64,000 bases of DNA from Gonapodya sp. JEL0774 (Eukaryota): the NCBI GenBank assembly GCA_027604505.1, contig JADIIX010000047.1:62001-126000 (forward strand), written 5' to 3'. Each line of letters starts with the position of its first letter. The first letter of the stretch is position 1. The notes beneath the pieces were generated by a model. That model did no database searches. It saw nothing but the letters and a program-made list of their open reading frames with translations, and was not told the origin of the DNA. The position numbers and the translations under genes were made by a program. This document shows positions 1-17,500 of this stretch, in pieces.

Positions 1-82
1 AAGGTTGCCAGTGGTGCTCCAGAAATATAAGACAACAATATCAGAAAAACCACCTCATCGCCCTGCAAATACACCCGTTCGA

Positions 83-1542
83 CTACACGGACAGCGGTGC
101 ACCGAATGCAAGTACTTCCGCCAGCTCCGTTGTAGACTTGAGAGACGCGTTTGGGATATTCGCATCTCGCTGCAATTGTGGATGGTTTGCGGTCGAGACC
201 GAAGTTCCGAGTCGAGATGAAAGAAGGCAAGCGAAAAGTGTTTGTCCAGACTAATGCAATCGCTTATTATTTTGGTTAATAATGGCACTCACCTCATCCA
301 AAACCCGTTTCGCCCTCTTACTGAGTTCATCGATCCTCGCGAGTTTTTCATATCGTTCCTTCACAACTTTCATCAAGCCCGCGTTGTCCTCGCGCAACTC
401 AGCCTTACGGGCCCGCAAGACTTCAAGCTCAGCGCGTTTCCGCGGATAAACGGAGGCGCGAATGGCTTTGCGTGGAGTGATGCTTATAGCGAGATGGGAT
501 GTGAAGGAGGCGAGAAAACGAGATGAGTTCCAGTGGGGCATGTAGACACAAACAGCTGACAATTCATTCCTTTCGAAGCACAGTCGGACCACTTCAATGG
601 AGCACATTCCAGAAACGGTTAATCTCAGAGAAAAACGCATGAAAGCGCTTCAAGAACACCACATGCTTCAAAACATGCTCCTCAAGGCACTTTCTCTTCA
701 AATGCTTATCTTGCATCAAAGGCGAGCTCACCTTCCAGGCACGTTCGCCTTCACTGTTGCTTGTTGCCCCGTCTGCAGTCTCCTTTGCGCGTCTTCACAC
801 ATTTCCCACACTTCATCCAGCTTTTTAGGAAGATTGCGGTTCGCAAGGATGGTTTCGAGTTCGGACTATGGGAGGGCAATCGATTCCTTGAGCGCTCCCG
901 CATATGACGAACGGGAGCAGCACGGTCCAATCATATTACGGACTCACGAGGAACGACTTTTTCAAGAAGTCTATAATTTGATCGTGGACAATGCGTAGGG
1001 CCTCGGGACTGTGTTCCGCGAGTCGCGGTAACGCTCGTTCGAACTGTTGGTAACTGAACGCACAAAGGTCCAGTTCCGATTGCAACATCCGAGAAAGAAG
1101 TTGAGATAGTGAGGCCAAACGAAGTCCCGATGTCCAGTAAGAAGGTTGTGAATAGGATTGAAGTCCCCGTTCGACACATCCAGATTCCGAGTCCCCACAA
1201 GAGTGATCGGACGCGAATCAGACATTGCGAGAAACAAATTTGAGATACAAGTTCTTTAGAATAGGGAGAAAAGGGGAAGAATCGAGTCGCTGTTGGACAA
1301 GTGCCTCACCTGAATGCAGCCTCTATCCCGTTCAAGTACTTCCCCGCCGCTTCCCTGATAATCAGTTTTCTGTCCAGCATTGGATCTTTAATCGGCGCTT
1401 CAGGTGTCTCCATGTGCCATGCGGTTCCTTCAGGGCTTGGAGTTTGTGCTGAAGGGAGAGCTGGAGTAGAGACGGCGGGTGGATTCGTAAGGAACGTCGA
1501 AGGAGACGAGACGTAGATTGAATCAGTGATTGTCGCGGTCAT
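83..1542 (-). CDS. NNF1: Kinetochore MIND/Mis12 complex subunit Nnf1/PMF1-like (multi-exon; both ends approximate)
   Basis: Spliced reading GIEAAFS-YQQFERALPRLAEHSPEALRIVHDQIIDFLKKSF...SELETILANRNLPKKLDEVWEMCEDAQRR...ITPRKAIRASVYPRKRAELEVLRARKAELREDN follows the Nnf1 pattern; GT-AG introns join ORF fragments 1306-1626, 936-1118 and 251-640. Confidence 0.7.
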
Positions 1543-1977
1543 CGTCCAGATCCGTCGGCTCAATCGGTGAAATGGACAAATGCGGCGGGGTGCAAGGGCA
1601 TACATACATGACCGCGGCCGAAACATGTGGTCGTTCAGAACCGAGTCTGTCTAGTATTAGCGCCATACCGTGAATTGCCTTCATTGATTGAAGATTCAAG
1701 TTCAGAGTCCGGCGCTGATGGACAAGTGAGTTTACATTTCGGCAACATGGCACGGATAGGCGAGTGCAAGAACAAATACCATCGCATTATCAGGAAATGG
1801 TTATTAGCTGAAAATTCGTCATGGCTGGCAATTTTTAACGGGTATTCAGTTTGAGCCTCGCTGTGCACTGGTGGTGTCTACCACCGCCAAGAACGCTGGA
1901 ATATTACCAGGGCTTTGAGCTGTCCGCCATTGAATCTTTTCTTTGACTCTCTGCGCCTTGATCAACTGTTTGCCGGG

Positions 1978-4900
1978 ATGCGCCCATCAATTTTTCAATC
2001 GCTCCACCCGTTCCGACATCGGGCGGCGCCGTCACTGACATCGTCATTACCCTTGCGAAAATCATTTACGAAAACGCCTTCTTCATCATCAAATGCGACC
2101 GTCTTAGAGTCATTGTTACTGGAACGAAAGTTCTCTTCTGCGAGTTCATCTATACTTCGAACAACCACCCCAACCCACCCACTTTCAATTGGGATTCGCC
2201 GGGAGGGGAAGAATCGATGGGAGCGACGAGTGGCATTATGTAAGTGGCCACGCACTTGATTCGCGAAGGAGGCAAAAATGGTTCAAAGTTCCAAATCTGT
2301 GGGCTTGGGAGACACTTGATCACTCCAGTTTGGTCTGCGATCTCCGAGCCTCTCTCTGACAGTTTGCTTACCAAACAGCACCGAAGGTTATTGAAAAGCT
2401 CATCAAGGACTTCAATTGCAAGGTTTATGTTCAACCATCTACAAAACGGATATTTGGAGATGATCGCTATGCTCGCGCGGGAGCAGGTACTGTCGCTGTC
2501 GCACGGAAGTCGGCCTCATTGAGTTGTAATAGTTTGCTTTTTTGTTGGCTGGCCAGTCGTCCAAGAGGACCTCACCCCAGCTGACGTTATTTTCGGGGTC
2601 AAGGAAGTCGCTATCAATGACCTTATTCCCGAGAAGACCTACGTGTTTTTCTCACACAGCCACAAGGGCCAACCATATTCTATGCGAATGCTGAAAGAGA
2701 TAATGGACAAGAAGATCCGGCTCATTGACTACGAACTGATGACTGATGACAAAATGAAGCGGCTTGTCCTCTTCGGTACATTTGCGGGCTATGCTGGCAT
2801 GGTGGACTCATTGCATGGATTGGGTCTTCGTCTGCTCGCTTCTGGTCATGGGACACCCTTTTTGCACGTGGGAATGACACATATGTATCGCTCACTGTTT
2901 GATGCGAAGGCGGCCCTTCGAATGACCGGCCTCCACCTGGAGCATGAAGGTCTGCCAAAGTCTCTGGGCCCGACTACAATTGTGTTTACAGGGTCAGGCC
3001 ACGTTGCACAAGGTGCCAAGGAGGTGTTTGAATGCCTACCTCATGAATACATTGGGGCGGCTGACTTGAAGGCTCTCGTAGAAAGTGGTGGTGGGTGGCA
3101 AGCCCGTCTCACTTCCAAGTGAATGGTTCTTTTGAGCGTCTGGCTTTGCTAGATTTCGACCCGAAGCGGCTGTACGCGTGTCAAGTGAAGGCCGAGGATT
3201 ACGCTGTTCGCAAGGACGGAAAACCTTTTGAGCGAGAAGATTATATGAAGCATCCCGAGCTTTACGAGTCCGTCTTCCATGAAAAGGTTGTGCATTTTGA
3301 ATGTGTAGCTTCTACCTTTGCTGTTGACGCCCTATCTCCCCGATTGCAGTTTGCACCCTATACGACCCTCCTTGTAAACGGCATTTATTGGGATCGGTAT
3401 GCTACGCCTATTGTCTCATACCGAACGCTTGCGAGATAGTTTCTAAGCTACTCTCCCCGAAGTCGCTTTCCACGAATCCTTACGCGGGATCAATTCAAAC
3501 AAGTGACAGCAGATGCTGAGAACCGTGGTTTGAAAGGTCCGAAAATGATGGCCCTAGCTGACATTAGCTGCGATATGGAGGTAAGATGGGGTTTGGATGT
3601 TAAGACGTCAAATGGTCGGTTGAATGTTGCCATCTCCCAATCCAGGGTTCCATCGAGTTCATGAACAAGGCTTCCAGTATTGACTCGCCATTTTACTATT
3701 ATGACCCTCTTCAGGGTACCTACCACGGAAATATTGAGGGACCAGGAATTCAGATTATGTCTATTGATAATTTGCCGACAGAACTTCCGCTGGAGGCAAG
3801 CGAGTACTTCAGCCAGGCACTCTCACCGTTTGTGAGAGAGATGGTCGGTGGTTTTACGACGCTTTGAAGATTTCGAGCTATTTTATTGATGCGTGAAACA
3901 GATTTCAGGGAATTTCGACCATCCTGTCGTTGCCCGAGCGATGATTACGGATACTGAAGGCAAACTCATCAAGAGACACCAACATCTATCGACATCTATC
4001 GAAAAGTATGGAACACCAGCGTGAGTAACCAAGATTACGGTAATCTCCTTGTTGGGGCAATCTATTGTGGAGTTTGAATTCTATAGACCCCCGATGGTGA
4101 AACCAAACGCCAAAGTACTCGTCCTGGGCTCTGGCTTGGTGGCGTCTCCCGCAATCGAATACTTGCTCAAGAATCAAGCTTGGTCTGTCACTATTGCCTC
4201 AGCTGACACTGCGGAGGCTAGAAGACTTTCCCGCAACCGCCCGAGAGTTCCCGTAGAACAACTGGACATATCTGACGCCCAAAACCTCTCACGACTTATT
4301 GAGGATGCTGATTGCGTGGTTAGCTTGGTACCTGCGAATCTGCACCCAACAGTTGCAAGAGAGTGTCTGAGGCAGCAAACGCCGCTTGTTACGGCAAGCT
4401 ACATTAGCGCGGAGATGAAGTCGCTGGATGCCGAGGCTAAGCGGCTTGGAGTGACTATCGTGAATGAAATTGGACTTGACCCTGGTCTAGATCACTGCGA
4501 GATCATGCGAATTGTGGATCATGCGCAGAAGGAAGGGAGCACAATCGATAAGGTCGTCAGTCTATGTGGTGGTCTCGTGAGGTTCGCTGAATGTTACCTG
4601 CTTGCTTATGGGTGCATTCTTTAACTTCATTTTGTTGATGAATGAACAGTCCCGAATCGTCGGACAACCCGTTGGGATACAAGTTCAGCTGGAGTCCTAG
4701 AGGTGCCCTCACTGCCGCACTCAACCCTGCACGGTTCAAGGAGAACAACAAGATAGTAGAAATCCCTGGCGTGGATCTTCTGCGGTCTGCTCGTCCGTTG
4801 CCTCTGTACAAGGGATTCAATTTTGAGGTCATCCCCAACAGAGATTCCATTTCGTATGCGGAGATGTACGGCGTTGCAGACGGTAAAGAAGCCAAAGCTC

Positions 4901-5919
4901 TGGACACCATAATGAGAGGGACTATTCGCTTTAAAGTGAGCTCGTGTGTGACGTGCAATGTTATCAGATTTGGTGACCCTCTTTGACCAGGGTTACTGTG
5001 ACATAATGGACGCGTTTCGAGAGTTGGGGATTCTTTCTTTGGATCCTGCATCTAAAGTTCTCGGTGTATCTGTTGGAGAGGGCGCCTGGGTGAGAACTGC
5101 AGATTCAATCTCGAAAATTTTTCGGTATTGAACTGTGCGGGGGGTAGGGAGACGCACTGCAACATCTACTCGGTGCCAAATCATCATCAAAGAGTGATCT
5201 TAAAACTGCTGTAGTATACAAGCTACTCGGTGGAGAGAGTGTAAGGAAATGGAAGCCCGAGGAGGTCGAGCAAGTCTGGGAAGCGTTGGAGTGGTAAGAA
5301 TGTATTGCACTCAAGAACGCCATAAGGTTCATCGCTGATTTTAGATCAAATGCTCGACGTAGGTTCGACTTCACGAACACTCGTAGCAAGCTTCCTTGGC
5401 CACAGAGTAATGATATTCAATCCGCCACGCTGATGGTTGACCTCCTCACGAACGTGCTCTCCCGCCGCCTTGCCCTTACCCCACACGAACGAGATCTGGT
5501 ACGCGGATTTGATAACTGGCCATTTGTCGCTTTATCTCACATGAATGCTTTAACTCAGGTTGTGATGCACCACGAGATAGGCCTTGTACGGCCGGACGGA
5601 AAGACCCGTCAAGACATTACATCGACTCTCATAATGTACGGCGAGATCAATGGTCAGACTGCCATGGCCAAGACGGTTGGTCTTCCTGTTGCCATCACCG
5701 CTGAGATGATTGTTAAAGGTGGGATTATATGAATCGCCGCAACGTCGCATTCTGTGCGAGACCCACAATACCCATTCCAAATGCAATAACTACGTAGGCG
5801 AGCTCAAACGCCCTGGCGTTCTTGCTCCACTCACGTCAGACATTTACACCCCAGTATTGGCACGTTGCGAATCGGAAGGCATTCGCTTCGTCGAAAAAGT
5901 TTCTACTCGGCTGATCTAG
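1978..5919 (+). CDS. AASS: Bifunctional lysine-ketoglutarate reductase/saccharopine dehydrogenase (alpha-aminoadipic semialdehyde synthase), likely mitochondrial; multi-exon
   Basis: LKR motifs IGIRREGKNRWERR, FFSHSHKGQ, LIDYELM, SIDNLPTELP; SDH motifs VLVLGSGLV, NEIGLDPGLDH, YKFSWSPRG, AMAKTVGLP; Arg/Ser-rich N-terminus resembling a presequence. Confidence 0.93.
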
Positions 5920-6231
5920 GCTCATTGTTGAATGCAATAAGAGCGAATTTGATTTAATGATCTCGTTGCAGAGTATAGCATTTGGATACCCGACCAGCAG
6001 ATAACAATTGTATGGAACTATCAAACATGTGCGGAACTTTATTTCCTGCACGTCCTCTAGTCCCGTTCTGCAAAGGTTTTCAGGCGGTACAAGTCTTTTG
6101 TCGTCTAAATAAACAGGGTTTGCGATATCTTGTCCTGATCCTACAGCGTTCCCACACCATACGCCTCCACACAGAGGAATAACTAAGGTTGCGGAACACA
6201 CCCATTTAAGCACCAACTGCAGCTCTGTTAC

Positions 6232-8960
<2,729 letters not shown>

Positions 8961-9974
8961 CGTTGGTGCTAGTTGAAGGAGTTTGTTGTTTGGATGGTGT
9001 CTATATGGCTGTCAAATTTCGGCCCTCGGTATCCAGCTCCACTCCCGTGTCTCGATGCCGCAAATTGCAGTCAATGTTTTGACGTTGGTTATCGATTCCA
9101 GCTCGTTTTCCTCGACCACGCTCTCGCTTTTTGATCTTTGGTTCCCCAAACAAGTCAATTCGGTCGGTGGATGAGGGCCCGAGTTCCCAGCCGTTCATTG
9201 TTTGAAGACCCTTAGACTACTCCCAACGAAATAGTGGCCATCGTTCTTTACTGGAACCGAACTGGCAAGAAGGTCGTCAGGGGTTCAGAATTATGTCGGG
9301 TATGGTGGATATGTATGGAGGTCAAGTTCGACATTGGAAACACATCTTTGCAAAGAGGATGAAATCAAAATGACTTTTTATATATCAAAAATGACGTTAC
9401 CGAATCTGAAGGTCCTTTGTTGCATGAAAATGCCTCCTTCAACAGTGTGAGTGCCGAGAGTAACCCAACATCATCTGCCTGTGTGCCTGGGTGTGCCTGA
9501 CCGCAAATCAACCATTATTGTTTCGGTCGACGGACGTGGACTAACAGGAAAAGAAGAGCATAAAGAAAGAAGGGAACAGAGCTGGAGCGTCTGGGTGTCT
9601 GGGCGGCCGTGCCAGGAACGAGAGCCCCACTCTGCTACTGAAACCGGCACACTTCACGGTCTGAGTCCGGGATTGAGCGATCGCAGAGGTGACGGAAACG
9701 GAAAAGTCGCTTTGAGCGTTTGTAGAGCCTGCAAGTGAAAGCTGGAGAGTTGCAGCAGCGCGAATCTACTGAGGAGCTGATGCTTGAGGAAACTGGGAAA
9801 ACGAACTGAACTCCACTCGAGCCTTGCAAGTGTGGAAACTCCACTCCTCGCTTGTCGTTTACACTCTACTCTACGTTGCTCGAGGAGAACTCTTCCGTAG
9901 TCCTCACCTCCACCAACTGGGAATCCTTTGCCGGCTAGAACGTGCTTGCACACCTCTCCGTGTCCACCAACATC

Positions 9975-12900
9975 ATGGCCCCTGCTCTCTCCGTAAACTG
10001 GTCGTCTGCATCACTTTCTTCATTACCAAACCCAACAAACCTTTCCCTCAACCCCTCCCTGACTCCCCCGCCGCCACCCCCTTCACTCCCCCCTCTATCC
10101 GGCGTCTTCATTGCCCGCTTTGATGCCCGACTGGGAAACATAATCGAGTACTCTTATCCTCCTGAATGTGATGTTACCGGCGTGGAATTTGCAGCTATCC
10201 CAGCTGGTGCACACTTGAATGTCGCCGGAGGCACTGCCGAGGATGTCATGTGGGTATCTGATGACAAGTTGGCAGGATGATAGGGGTGAAATTGAGAGGT
10301 ACTGTGGTGAAAGTGCGGGTTGTGTTGTGTGTTCTTTTGGGATTGGCGAACAACAAAGCTTGCGATTTCTGTGGGCCATTATCCCTAGTCGCCTGCCGGC
10401 ACCATTGTGTAAAGGATATTTGTCGGCTAAGAATGTTGAAGCATTTCCACTGCAACCTCACAGTATGCCTCTAAAGCTGTTTGGAGTGCGCGACCGATCC
10501 GGAATGAAGAATTTATGTAGTCAAACCTGACTTTCCTCATCCGCCAGCTACTTCAAACACAACAATCTCTACGGCCTCGCAGTTTTTGCGTCTGCCTCGG
10601 TGCCCGCCCCACCATCTGTCTCCACTTCCACCTCTACCTCATCCTCCCCTTCAGCCACGAATCCACCCACCTCGTCAGCCGCCCCTTCACTAACACCAAC
10701 CCCCCCTCGCCCGCCACCTCTGTTACCTTCCGAACGAGGCGCACGCCTGCGCGCAGTCGGTATACTCGCACGTGGATGGTGGGGACTGGCTGGTGAAGGC
10801 GGGCCGAGCGCCGGAGCTGGCGGAGCAGGCTGGGTCGACGTTGCGGGTAGTAAAAATGAATTCGGAGGTGGAGGAGGAAGTAGCGCTGGACACGACCTGC
10901 CCCGAACGAGCCTTCCCTCTCTCGCTCTCCAGCCTGATGGCCTCCGCCACTCCTTCTCCAATTCAACAATAACCACAGTCAGAACTCGCTCTGCCGACAC
11001 TCAAGCACCCGGTTGGGAAGCAAACAAAGACATAGACGACCCCTCAGCACCCTTCATCAATTCCAGATCGCGATCTCGATCTCGAGGCCGACGGGGCCAA
11101 TCGTCGAACTCCACCACGACCCCATCCCCTCTTTCTCATTCCCAATCCACCGCGTCCATATCTTCACCCCTTCGCACACCCCTTCACCCTACCATTCCTC
11201 GCCATCCCCCTTCCTACTCCGCCTATGCTTCTTCTTCAGCGTCGCTGATGGGATACATCCCCTGGCTCCGTTCCCAGGTCCATTTCCACCTCCACAACCC
11301 CTTGGCTCTGGCTGCCTTGGCATCAGCAGCTGCTTCGGGAGGCGCAGCAGGAGGGCCGGGAGGCCAAGCTGGGGTAATTGCGGCCGCATCAGGTGCCGGC
11401 GCCGCAAACGCGGCAGTGGCATCGACTGTGTTGACGCCGGCTGGTGGGAGCGCTGGAGGGGAGAAGTCGGACGCTTCTTTGCTTCAACCACCTACGCCGA
11501 CATTTCGTCGCACACTGTCTGTGGAGAAACTCTCCATCGCTTGCTTACCGTCCACGTCCTTACCCTACACTCTGTTACGCAATTTTTATGAAGCGCACAA
11601 AGATGCTGGCCAAATCGGAGTTGGACATGGGAGGCGGGTTGGGGCGAAAATGAGCCAGAGTCCGCTGACCCCAACGATCCTGGCCGCAGCGGCTCCAACA
11701 CCAACGGAGGTGTCTTCCGTCTCGGAAGCATCGCCATCTCCACCATCATCCAGCCCTATCACACTTGATCCCTTCGCCGACCGCGAACCGGTGGCTTATT
11801 CTGAGGCGGGTACTGATTCGGAGATTGAGCGGAGCTCCTCGTGGCCCCCACAGTCGCCAACGTCTACGCCGGCCACGCCAATACTGCCGGGGAGAGAGCT
11901 GCCCCTTGGGTTTGGCGGGATTGTAGAAGATGTAGGTCGTGCAGGATCTGCCCTCTACGATGCGAACGTTGGTGATGGAGATGAAAAATGGATCGAAGGG
12001 GGGACAGGAGTGTTTTCAGATGGAAATGCAAAATCTTCCGAGCCGGGTTCTTCAAGTTCGGAAAGCAGGCCACAGCTTCACCCACGGAACTCTCCTTGTT
12101 CCTCCACAAGCAACGTCCCCGGCCTTACATCACTCCAAGCATATCCTCCCCGCCCAGCTCCCAAAGCACCTCCGTTTTCACCTTCTTTTCTCCCCGCTGA
12201 GCCCGCACCGTTTCCTACGCCAAACGGCACCGCCCACCCACACCCACCGGAGAACCCTTCCAAACCCCCGCCGCGCTCTGCATCGGTAGGCGCCATGCGT
12301 GGTGGAGCGGTGGATTGGGCAGGGAACTTTGCTGGGGCTGTTCATATCAACTCTGCAGCTAATGGTGATCTCCGGGTCGGGTGGAAAGAGAAAGGAAAAG
12401 AAGTTGTGCGCAAGAGAGATGACGAGAGGGGGAAGCAAAACACATTGGCGTCGCCAGTGCAGCTGCAGGTGGGAGATAGAGCTCAGGCTGGGTTTTGGGA
12501 GGGAAAGCCCAGTATTGGGAGGTTATTGGTGTGTGTTCATGGGTGTTGGGTGAGAACTGCGCACCAATTTAACAATTGTTTTTGGCTTTGCTGTCGGTTT
12601 GCGCACCCTGCGTTGTCGTGCGGTTTCCCGCTACTCATCTAGAGAGAGCTTCCGCCGGGTTACCTGTCGCACTTTGTGGACTATTTTGGTCCGCAAGTTT
12701 TCTTGGTAAGAAGGATTAGTTTAACAAGACCTCTGCTATCTTTGGTTTCACTATTCAATCCACTCGCAAAACAAACATTACCGCGCAGATATGGAAGTAT
12801 GCACTTACCCGTAAGCGCATCATATTCTACGCTGATCCACCTGTGTTGACAATGGTGCACCGCGGTATGTAGGGTGGTTATGTCCTTGTGATCGCTTCAA

Positions 12901-14439
12901 TAACAGCTTCCTCTCACCACGACTTGTATTCATCTAGTCGTTGCTGCTATTATGCTAACCACACACCTCCTCCCCGACTCCCCCGATTCGTTTTCTTTTG
13001 CATCGTCTGCACGTGCGCAAGCTGCAACAGAGACATTTCTCCCCTCGGACTCGCACCACCCCGAAATTTCCAACTCCACAGCATCCGAACCTTCCCCGCT
13101 TCCATCACAACTCCAATTACCCGTATTCTACGTAAATGTGAATGATATTCCTCACTTGCAACACCTAAGTAGGTCTCGACGAGGGTTCGTTGCATGCACA
13201 ACTGAGAGTATCTTCAGGCAGAAAACGGACTTATGGGACTTGTGGGTGGAATATGGCATCGTGGTGCCTAATGAATTGGGAGCAGTGAGGGCGTCGAGGG
13301 GAAGGGCACCTGGTAGACAACGGTCAAGGAAGCAGTCCCCGGGGGTTGGAGCGCAGGGTACTGAACAAAGGGCGGCGTCAGTAGATCGGGGGCCCACAGC
13401 AGTTGGACCGGAGAAGCTCTCGGTGATGTTCCCCCTCACACCTGCTGACCGCACACGATACACAGCCTTGCGACGATCCATTCAGGAATTGGAGAGGGAG
13501 GAAAACGGATTTCGAAGACGGACATCACGCACGCCAGACGGACGGAGCTCTTCATCGTCGGCGAGGATCCAAGGTGCGGATGTGGCGGCGGTCGAGAGGT
13601 TGCATAAAGCCGCCGATGATTATGGGGAGGAGGACGATGTCGGTTGGCCTGTGCCATCTGAGGAGAAAGCGTTTTTGTTCAGGAGAAGCTTAAGCGCTAG
13701 CGATTTAGATAGTAAGGTACGAATATCCGGTGTGTCGTCGGCCGGACGGAACAGTTTTGGCGGTCAGAGTGTGAGCGGGAGATCCAGCATCGGCGGGAGG
13801 TCAAGCATGGAACCCAGGAGCTCCGGGCAACATGATTGGGAGAGGGAGATGACACCATGGGAAGAGGACGCAGACGAGTACGCGGGTTTGCTGGGTGGCG
13901 ACGATGAGAGGAGCGAAAGGTGGGAATCTGGTGGGAGGAGGAAAGCAGGGGGTGGAAGACAGTCGCCAGATTTTGGCATTGTTTCTAACTTCTCCGAGGT
14001 GAACACAGAGCGCCGGGCGGATCGGCTGGTGGCGCGATACTTTTGCGCCCTTAACACGCAGATTTTGCAGACTCTTCTGTTATCATCCTCTGCGGGTACC
14101 CCTGTCACCCCACACACTCTCAGGGAACTAGGACTGGACTCCTCTCACGACTTTGACTTCCTGGACGAGGTTGCCAAAACCAACGCCGACTTGTATGAAG
14201 TGGAGTTTTCTCGGAAGAAAGGCGGATTGTGGGGTGCCATTACAGGGCTGATCGATTCCAGACACCAAGCTTCGATACGTGATGGAGTGACTCGAGCTGC
14301 AGACACAGCGGTAGAAGTTGGGGAGGCAATCGGCGGGGGCATGACACGGGGTTGGGGTGCATGCTCGAACGTACTCGGGTCCTGTTTGACCTGCATAGAA
14401 CGGTTTGGTAGAAGAGAAGATGGTGGAATTCGCCTTTGA
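9975..14439 (+). CDS. DENN-related DENND11/LCHN/Anr2 (DUF2347)-like protein with long low-complexity insertions
   Basis: GVFIARFDARLGNIIEYSYP...GVEFAAIPAGAH; later HFVDYFGPQVFLIWKYALTRKRIIFY and FYVNVNDIP...GFVACTTESIFRQKTDLWDL. Confidence 0.75.
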
Positions 14440-14530
14440 GTCATATCAAATAACGCTCGGGATTGGATGTATGTTCATGTATCAGTCCGAATGTATTACT
14501 GAATAATTTTTGAGATGCAATGCAATACAT

Positions 14531-17500
14531 TCAACCGACAACTTGCTCGCTCAATCCTGCTTCTTGCCCGAATGCCCAAAAGTTGTTGTAGTTCAAGCGC
14601 AAAAGAAACTGGTCAAGATGAACAATGTGCTGATACATAGTGTTCGACCTCAAAGACCCCACAGTCTGGGGCGATGAGACGGCGGGCGTCGTTCCGGGGG
14701 GCGCAGAAGATGCATTTAAGACACCAGAAAATGTACGAAATAGGAACTTGGTATCCGTCCAGAAATACTGGGAAAACAAGGTAGGTGGGCGAGTCTGAAG
14801 AGAGTTAACGTGCGGTCCTTAACCCACCTCTTCGAATTCGTGAAGCTCCTTTTCCATCCTGCTGAGAGCTTCTGTGTCCCGATTTTTCCTTCTTCCTGCA
14901 GCTACAGCCGATTCGATGGAATCGGGTACCGTCGGTAGGATGTTATCCCAACCTTTCTCCACAGATGACGCGAATCGGCCGCATGTCTCCAACACTGCTT
15001 TGATGGTCGTTCCAACCATTGCATACACATTCTGCTCGAGAAAGCATCCTTTCATAATCCCTTTCAAAAATCGACTGTGAACTTCTGAGAGATGCGTAAT
15101 TGTCGGTGATTGACCTGTCTGAGAAGACAATGTGCGGCGGGACTTGAGAGATCGAAGGAGATTTTGGAAATTAGGCTCCAAAATATCTGACTGTAGGGGG
15201 AAAAGAACGTAAATAATGAAATCGAAGACAAATGGAGGCGCGAGTTTACCTGTAGATATGCCCAAAGCGCCCCAACAAAGAAGCTCATCGCTGCTCTCAG
15301 GCTCCACACTCGTCTCCCCAGATCAAGTTTTAGTCGCTCGATCAGATCTTCCACTTCCGGTGCAGCAGCGACCGCAGGAACCCCATTAACACTGTGTCTC
15401 AGATTCCGAGCTTTAACTACCAGAACCCACACATCACGGTCCAGCCGCAACTGAATACGCTTGATGGTGAGAAGAAATGAATAAAGGGCGGAATACCTAA
15501 TGGATGTAATGAGGTTGCGATGCATACAGGAGATGTTCCTAAGTTCGGATGTCTCACCCCTCCCAGCTTTCGCCTCCGACAACAGCATCCAGGGGCCATT
15601 CTGCATCGCACTCCAGTGTCACTGGTAGTCCAACGAGCTCGCTTGCATAAGGATCTCCTGGTTTACCAGATTTTCTCACTGGCGGCCGCTTGGGCTTTGA
15701 TGGCAGCTTTGGAATCTCCATTTCTGGCACAGAGGATCTATCTGGATTCGTGCTACTATCACGTTGTTCGTCTTTGCGGCCAGGATCTTTAACTTTAGCG
15801 GCTGTTTCTTTCTCTTTACCCTTGCCGAGATCTATCCTCGCCTTCACCCCAGCGTATTGCTTTGGCACCGAGTACTTCTTCACCGGTCTTTTGCCTTTGT
15901 CTCTGATTGGGGATTGAGCGGAGGACTTGCCCTTAACTCCAGATTTTTCTCCGTCTGGCATCGCCAACGGTTCGGGACTGGTCGCAGGAGATGGATCACT
16001 CTGGACAGTCTTTGGACCCTCAGACTCGGCCACCACCGTCCCGGGAGCAGATGGGTCTTCTAACGTGAGATACTCGTCCTCATCGATTACACGTTCTCGA
16101 ACCCGGAATCTGAACGCTGATATCGGGTACGGGGGAGCCGTTCGCGGTGTTCGTACACGATGTCGGGGTGCAGGCGGTTGAGGAGGTATAGCGGTGCGAT
16201 TGGGTGCTTGAGGAGTCACCACATCATTTGGCTTGTGAAGTTCATCCTCGTCCGAGACCCATTCCACTCCATCATCGGCTTCATTTCCCGTGTCAAGACC
16301 TAGACCATGTGGGCCGGCATCATCATCCTCGGGTGTTAGGGACCGATAGGTAGAATGTAGAAGCATGGTGAGGTCTTACGTTGAAACCCAGAGTGCAATC
16401 AATAAAATTTGTCGTTAACACCACTTGTGGGTGGACCAATTCACCAACCCACCATGTTCCAAAACTCTGTTGTTCACCGCCACTCCCGACCAGCTACCCC
16501 CCATCGCTAGTCCGGCGATTCCACCGGCTCCGATTGCGGATCGCCGCCCTGCTACCTTCCATCCTTCACTCCACGCCTCCCAAACGTCTCCTCGTCCGAT
16601 GAGTGCAATCTCCCGCACAGAGCGAAGGAGTCGTGCGAGACTACGTGAGAGAAGGAAGTGGTGCAGAGCGGAAGACAGGCGGTTGGCAATAGGGTGAAGG
16701 TGCGTGAGGAGGCTGGTGGTTGGAAATCTTGGAAGTGACGAAGAAGGGGAAGATGGAAGGAAGTCCAGTTTCGCAGTACCACTGGCATCACTCGCCGAAT
16801 ACAGCGGCGACACGGTGGCGAAAGCTGTCTTCACATTGGCTTCGTGTTCACTTAAAAGCACACGAGCCTCGATCGCCGCTCTTCGCTCCGTTCCAGCCAC
16901 ACGACGGATCATGGAAGTGGCCTGACCGATGAAAAGAACTTCCTCGGAGAGCTTGCGAGGAACGTAGCTCGGTATAAATTGTGAGGAAACTACAAATTCT
17001 GAAGGGTCAACCGGGGTTTCGGATTGAGGTGGGAAGTAGTCCGCAAAAGTGGTACGAGTGCGGTCCGTGACTCGAGAAGCGCCTACTTGTGCGAGAGCAC
17101 TCTCAGTCACTCGGTCCTCTCCTTTCCTCCTGATCCACCATTCCTTTGATGGATCCCATACCCTGCCATATGAGCACCACACAAAGCACTGTGCCAGAAG
17201 CACACCGTGCTCGACCAAAGCTGTTATCTGCTCAAAGCAATCGCGGATATCGGGATCTCCGGAGAGGGAGCGTTCGTAAAGGAGGGTGAGGAGTGGGGGC
17301 GCGGGGTAAGGGGAGTCCGGAGGTGGGTAAAGGAGGTAAAGGAGGAACGAGTGTAAACTAGGGAGAACGATGAGATACTTCATACACGAGGAGAAAACCG
17401 GAAAACGTGGGAGGAACCGCCGTTGTCGCAGAAGAATTCTTAGTATTGATCAAAATGAGAATTCACCGTCCCGCGACTTACGCACTTTCGCGAACGCACT

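Noticed and set aside
14816..14823. TCCTTAAC resembling a U12 branch point (also GTATCCTT on the minus strand near 30105)
   Set aside because: The first is on the non-coding strand of GCP4 and the second is inside a cyclophilin exon (GIL codons); no U12 intron is supported.
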